DNA of 64,000 nucleotides from Thermococcus sp. JdFR-02 (GTDB lineage Archaea; Methanobacteriota_B; Thermococci; Thermococcales; Thermococcaceae): NCBI GenBank assembly GCA_002009975.1, contig MTLP01000009.1, positions 1 to 64,000 of the forward strand, read 5' to 3'. Shown piece by piece: positions 63,431 to 64,000 of this stretch (position 1 is its first letter; each line of letters starts with the position of its first letter). The notes under the pieces were generated by a model. It saw only the letters and a program-made list of their open reading frames with translations, ran no database searches and was not told where the DNA came from. The position numbers and the translations under genes were made by a program.

Positions 63431-63793
63431 TCACTCGCGGTATTCTTTTAAGATTTCAAGTATCTTCTCCGCTTCTTCTTTTGTAGGCATGTGAACTTCT
63501 TTGGCAAATATAACCCTAATATCAAAGTAGTCCTCAGGCATTATGTCAATAATCTTTGTCGCAAGTTTTTCATTCATCCATTCAAAGCTTTCAATGAGCT
63601 TTTGTTTCAGTTCACTCGCTTGTTCTGCCTTTATCTTTGCAAATTTCTCTGCATGCTCCAAGCTAACTCTTGCCTCATAGAACATTGGTTCGTCAGGGTT
63701 AATCTCTACACCTTCCTCTCTACGCTTTAATAAAATCTCTTTAGCCTCTGCGATGGTAATATAACGCTCTTTAAGTTTTTTTCTCCCTATCAT
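63431..63793 (-). CDS. rpoF: RNA polymerase subunit Rpo4 (F)
   Basis: MIGRK, LEHAEKF, KIIDIMP. Confidence 0.92.
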   Translation of the reverse strand: MIGRKKLKERYITIAEAKEILLKRREEGVEINPDEPMFYEARVSLEHAEKFAKIKAEQASELKQKLIESFEWMNEKLATKIIDIMPEDYFDIRVIFAKEVHMPTKEEAEKILEILKEYRE

Positions 63794-63799
63794 CTTACT

Positions 63800-64000
63800 T
63801 CACTTTTGAGGTCTTAAATGGACGGGGTGAATAAAGAAGGTTTTAACCTTCCCACCATCAGTTATTTGGACAACGTAGGCATCTCCTCTCTTACCTATAA
63901 CTGTTCCTGTTCTTCCGTGAAATCTTGGGTCTGGCATTCCTTTGTGGTAGCTTGGTTCAATGACTATGTGGACCCTTTGTCCAACTTCAAACTCTTGTAA
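63800..64000 (-). CDS. rpl21e: 50S ribosomal protein L21e, 5'-truncated by window edge
   Basis: Manual translation [32 protein letters not shown]...HPVHLRPQK*. Confidence 0.95.
   Translation of the reverse strand, partial: LQEFEVGQRVHIVIEPSYHKGMPDPRFHGRTGTVIGKRGDAYVVQITDGGKVKTFFIHPVHLRPQK

Noticed and set aside
63818-64000. 60-aa plus-strand ORF
   Set aside because: Antisense to rpl21e.

Overview
Archaeal chromosome segment, clearly from the Thermococcales (Thermococcus/Palaeococcus-like; AT-rich, GGTGA/GGAGG ribosome-binding sites). Most of it is housekeeping: thermosome, TiaS, RibK, EndoV, MAT, GlyA, TFS-PCNA-GINS, L44e-S27e-aIF2a-Nop10, EndoQ, ThiL, S-layer protein and KsgA-RpoF-L21e. 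It also holds three H/ACA guide RNAs and one C/D guide RNA. A redox/iron island at about 28.3-43.4 kb contains Prx, a two-subunit OFOR, NROR, rubrerythrin, rubredoxin, a SOR-like protein, a DUF59 pair, several ferritin-like proteins, FprA and an embedded KaiC-like ATPase/membrane-protein module. Three accessory patches stand out: (i) a decaying patch at 2.8-5.1 kb with a PIN-toxin remnant, tandem palindromes and a rhomboid pseudogene; (ii) two surface proteins at 23.2-26.2 kb, one a probably inactive M1-type peptidase; (iii) an insert at 48.3-54.9 kb in which a secreted prepro-protein is followed by three paralogous small membrane proteins, a regulator and an ABC exporter. Patch (iii) is the best candidate for an undescribed system, an archaeocin or polymorphic toxin with an immunity array. 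All calls come from motif recognition by eye; no database searches were run. No tRNA, rRNA, CRISPR array or transposase was seen.
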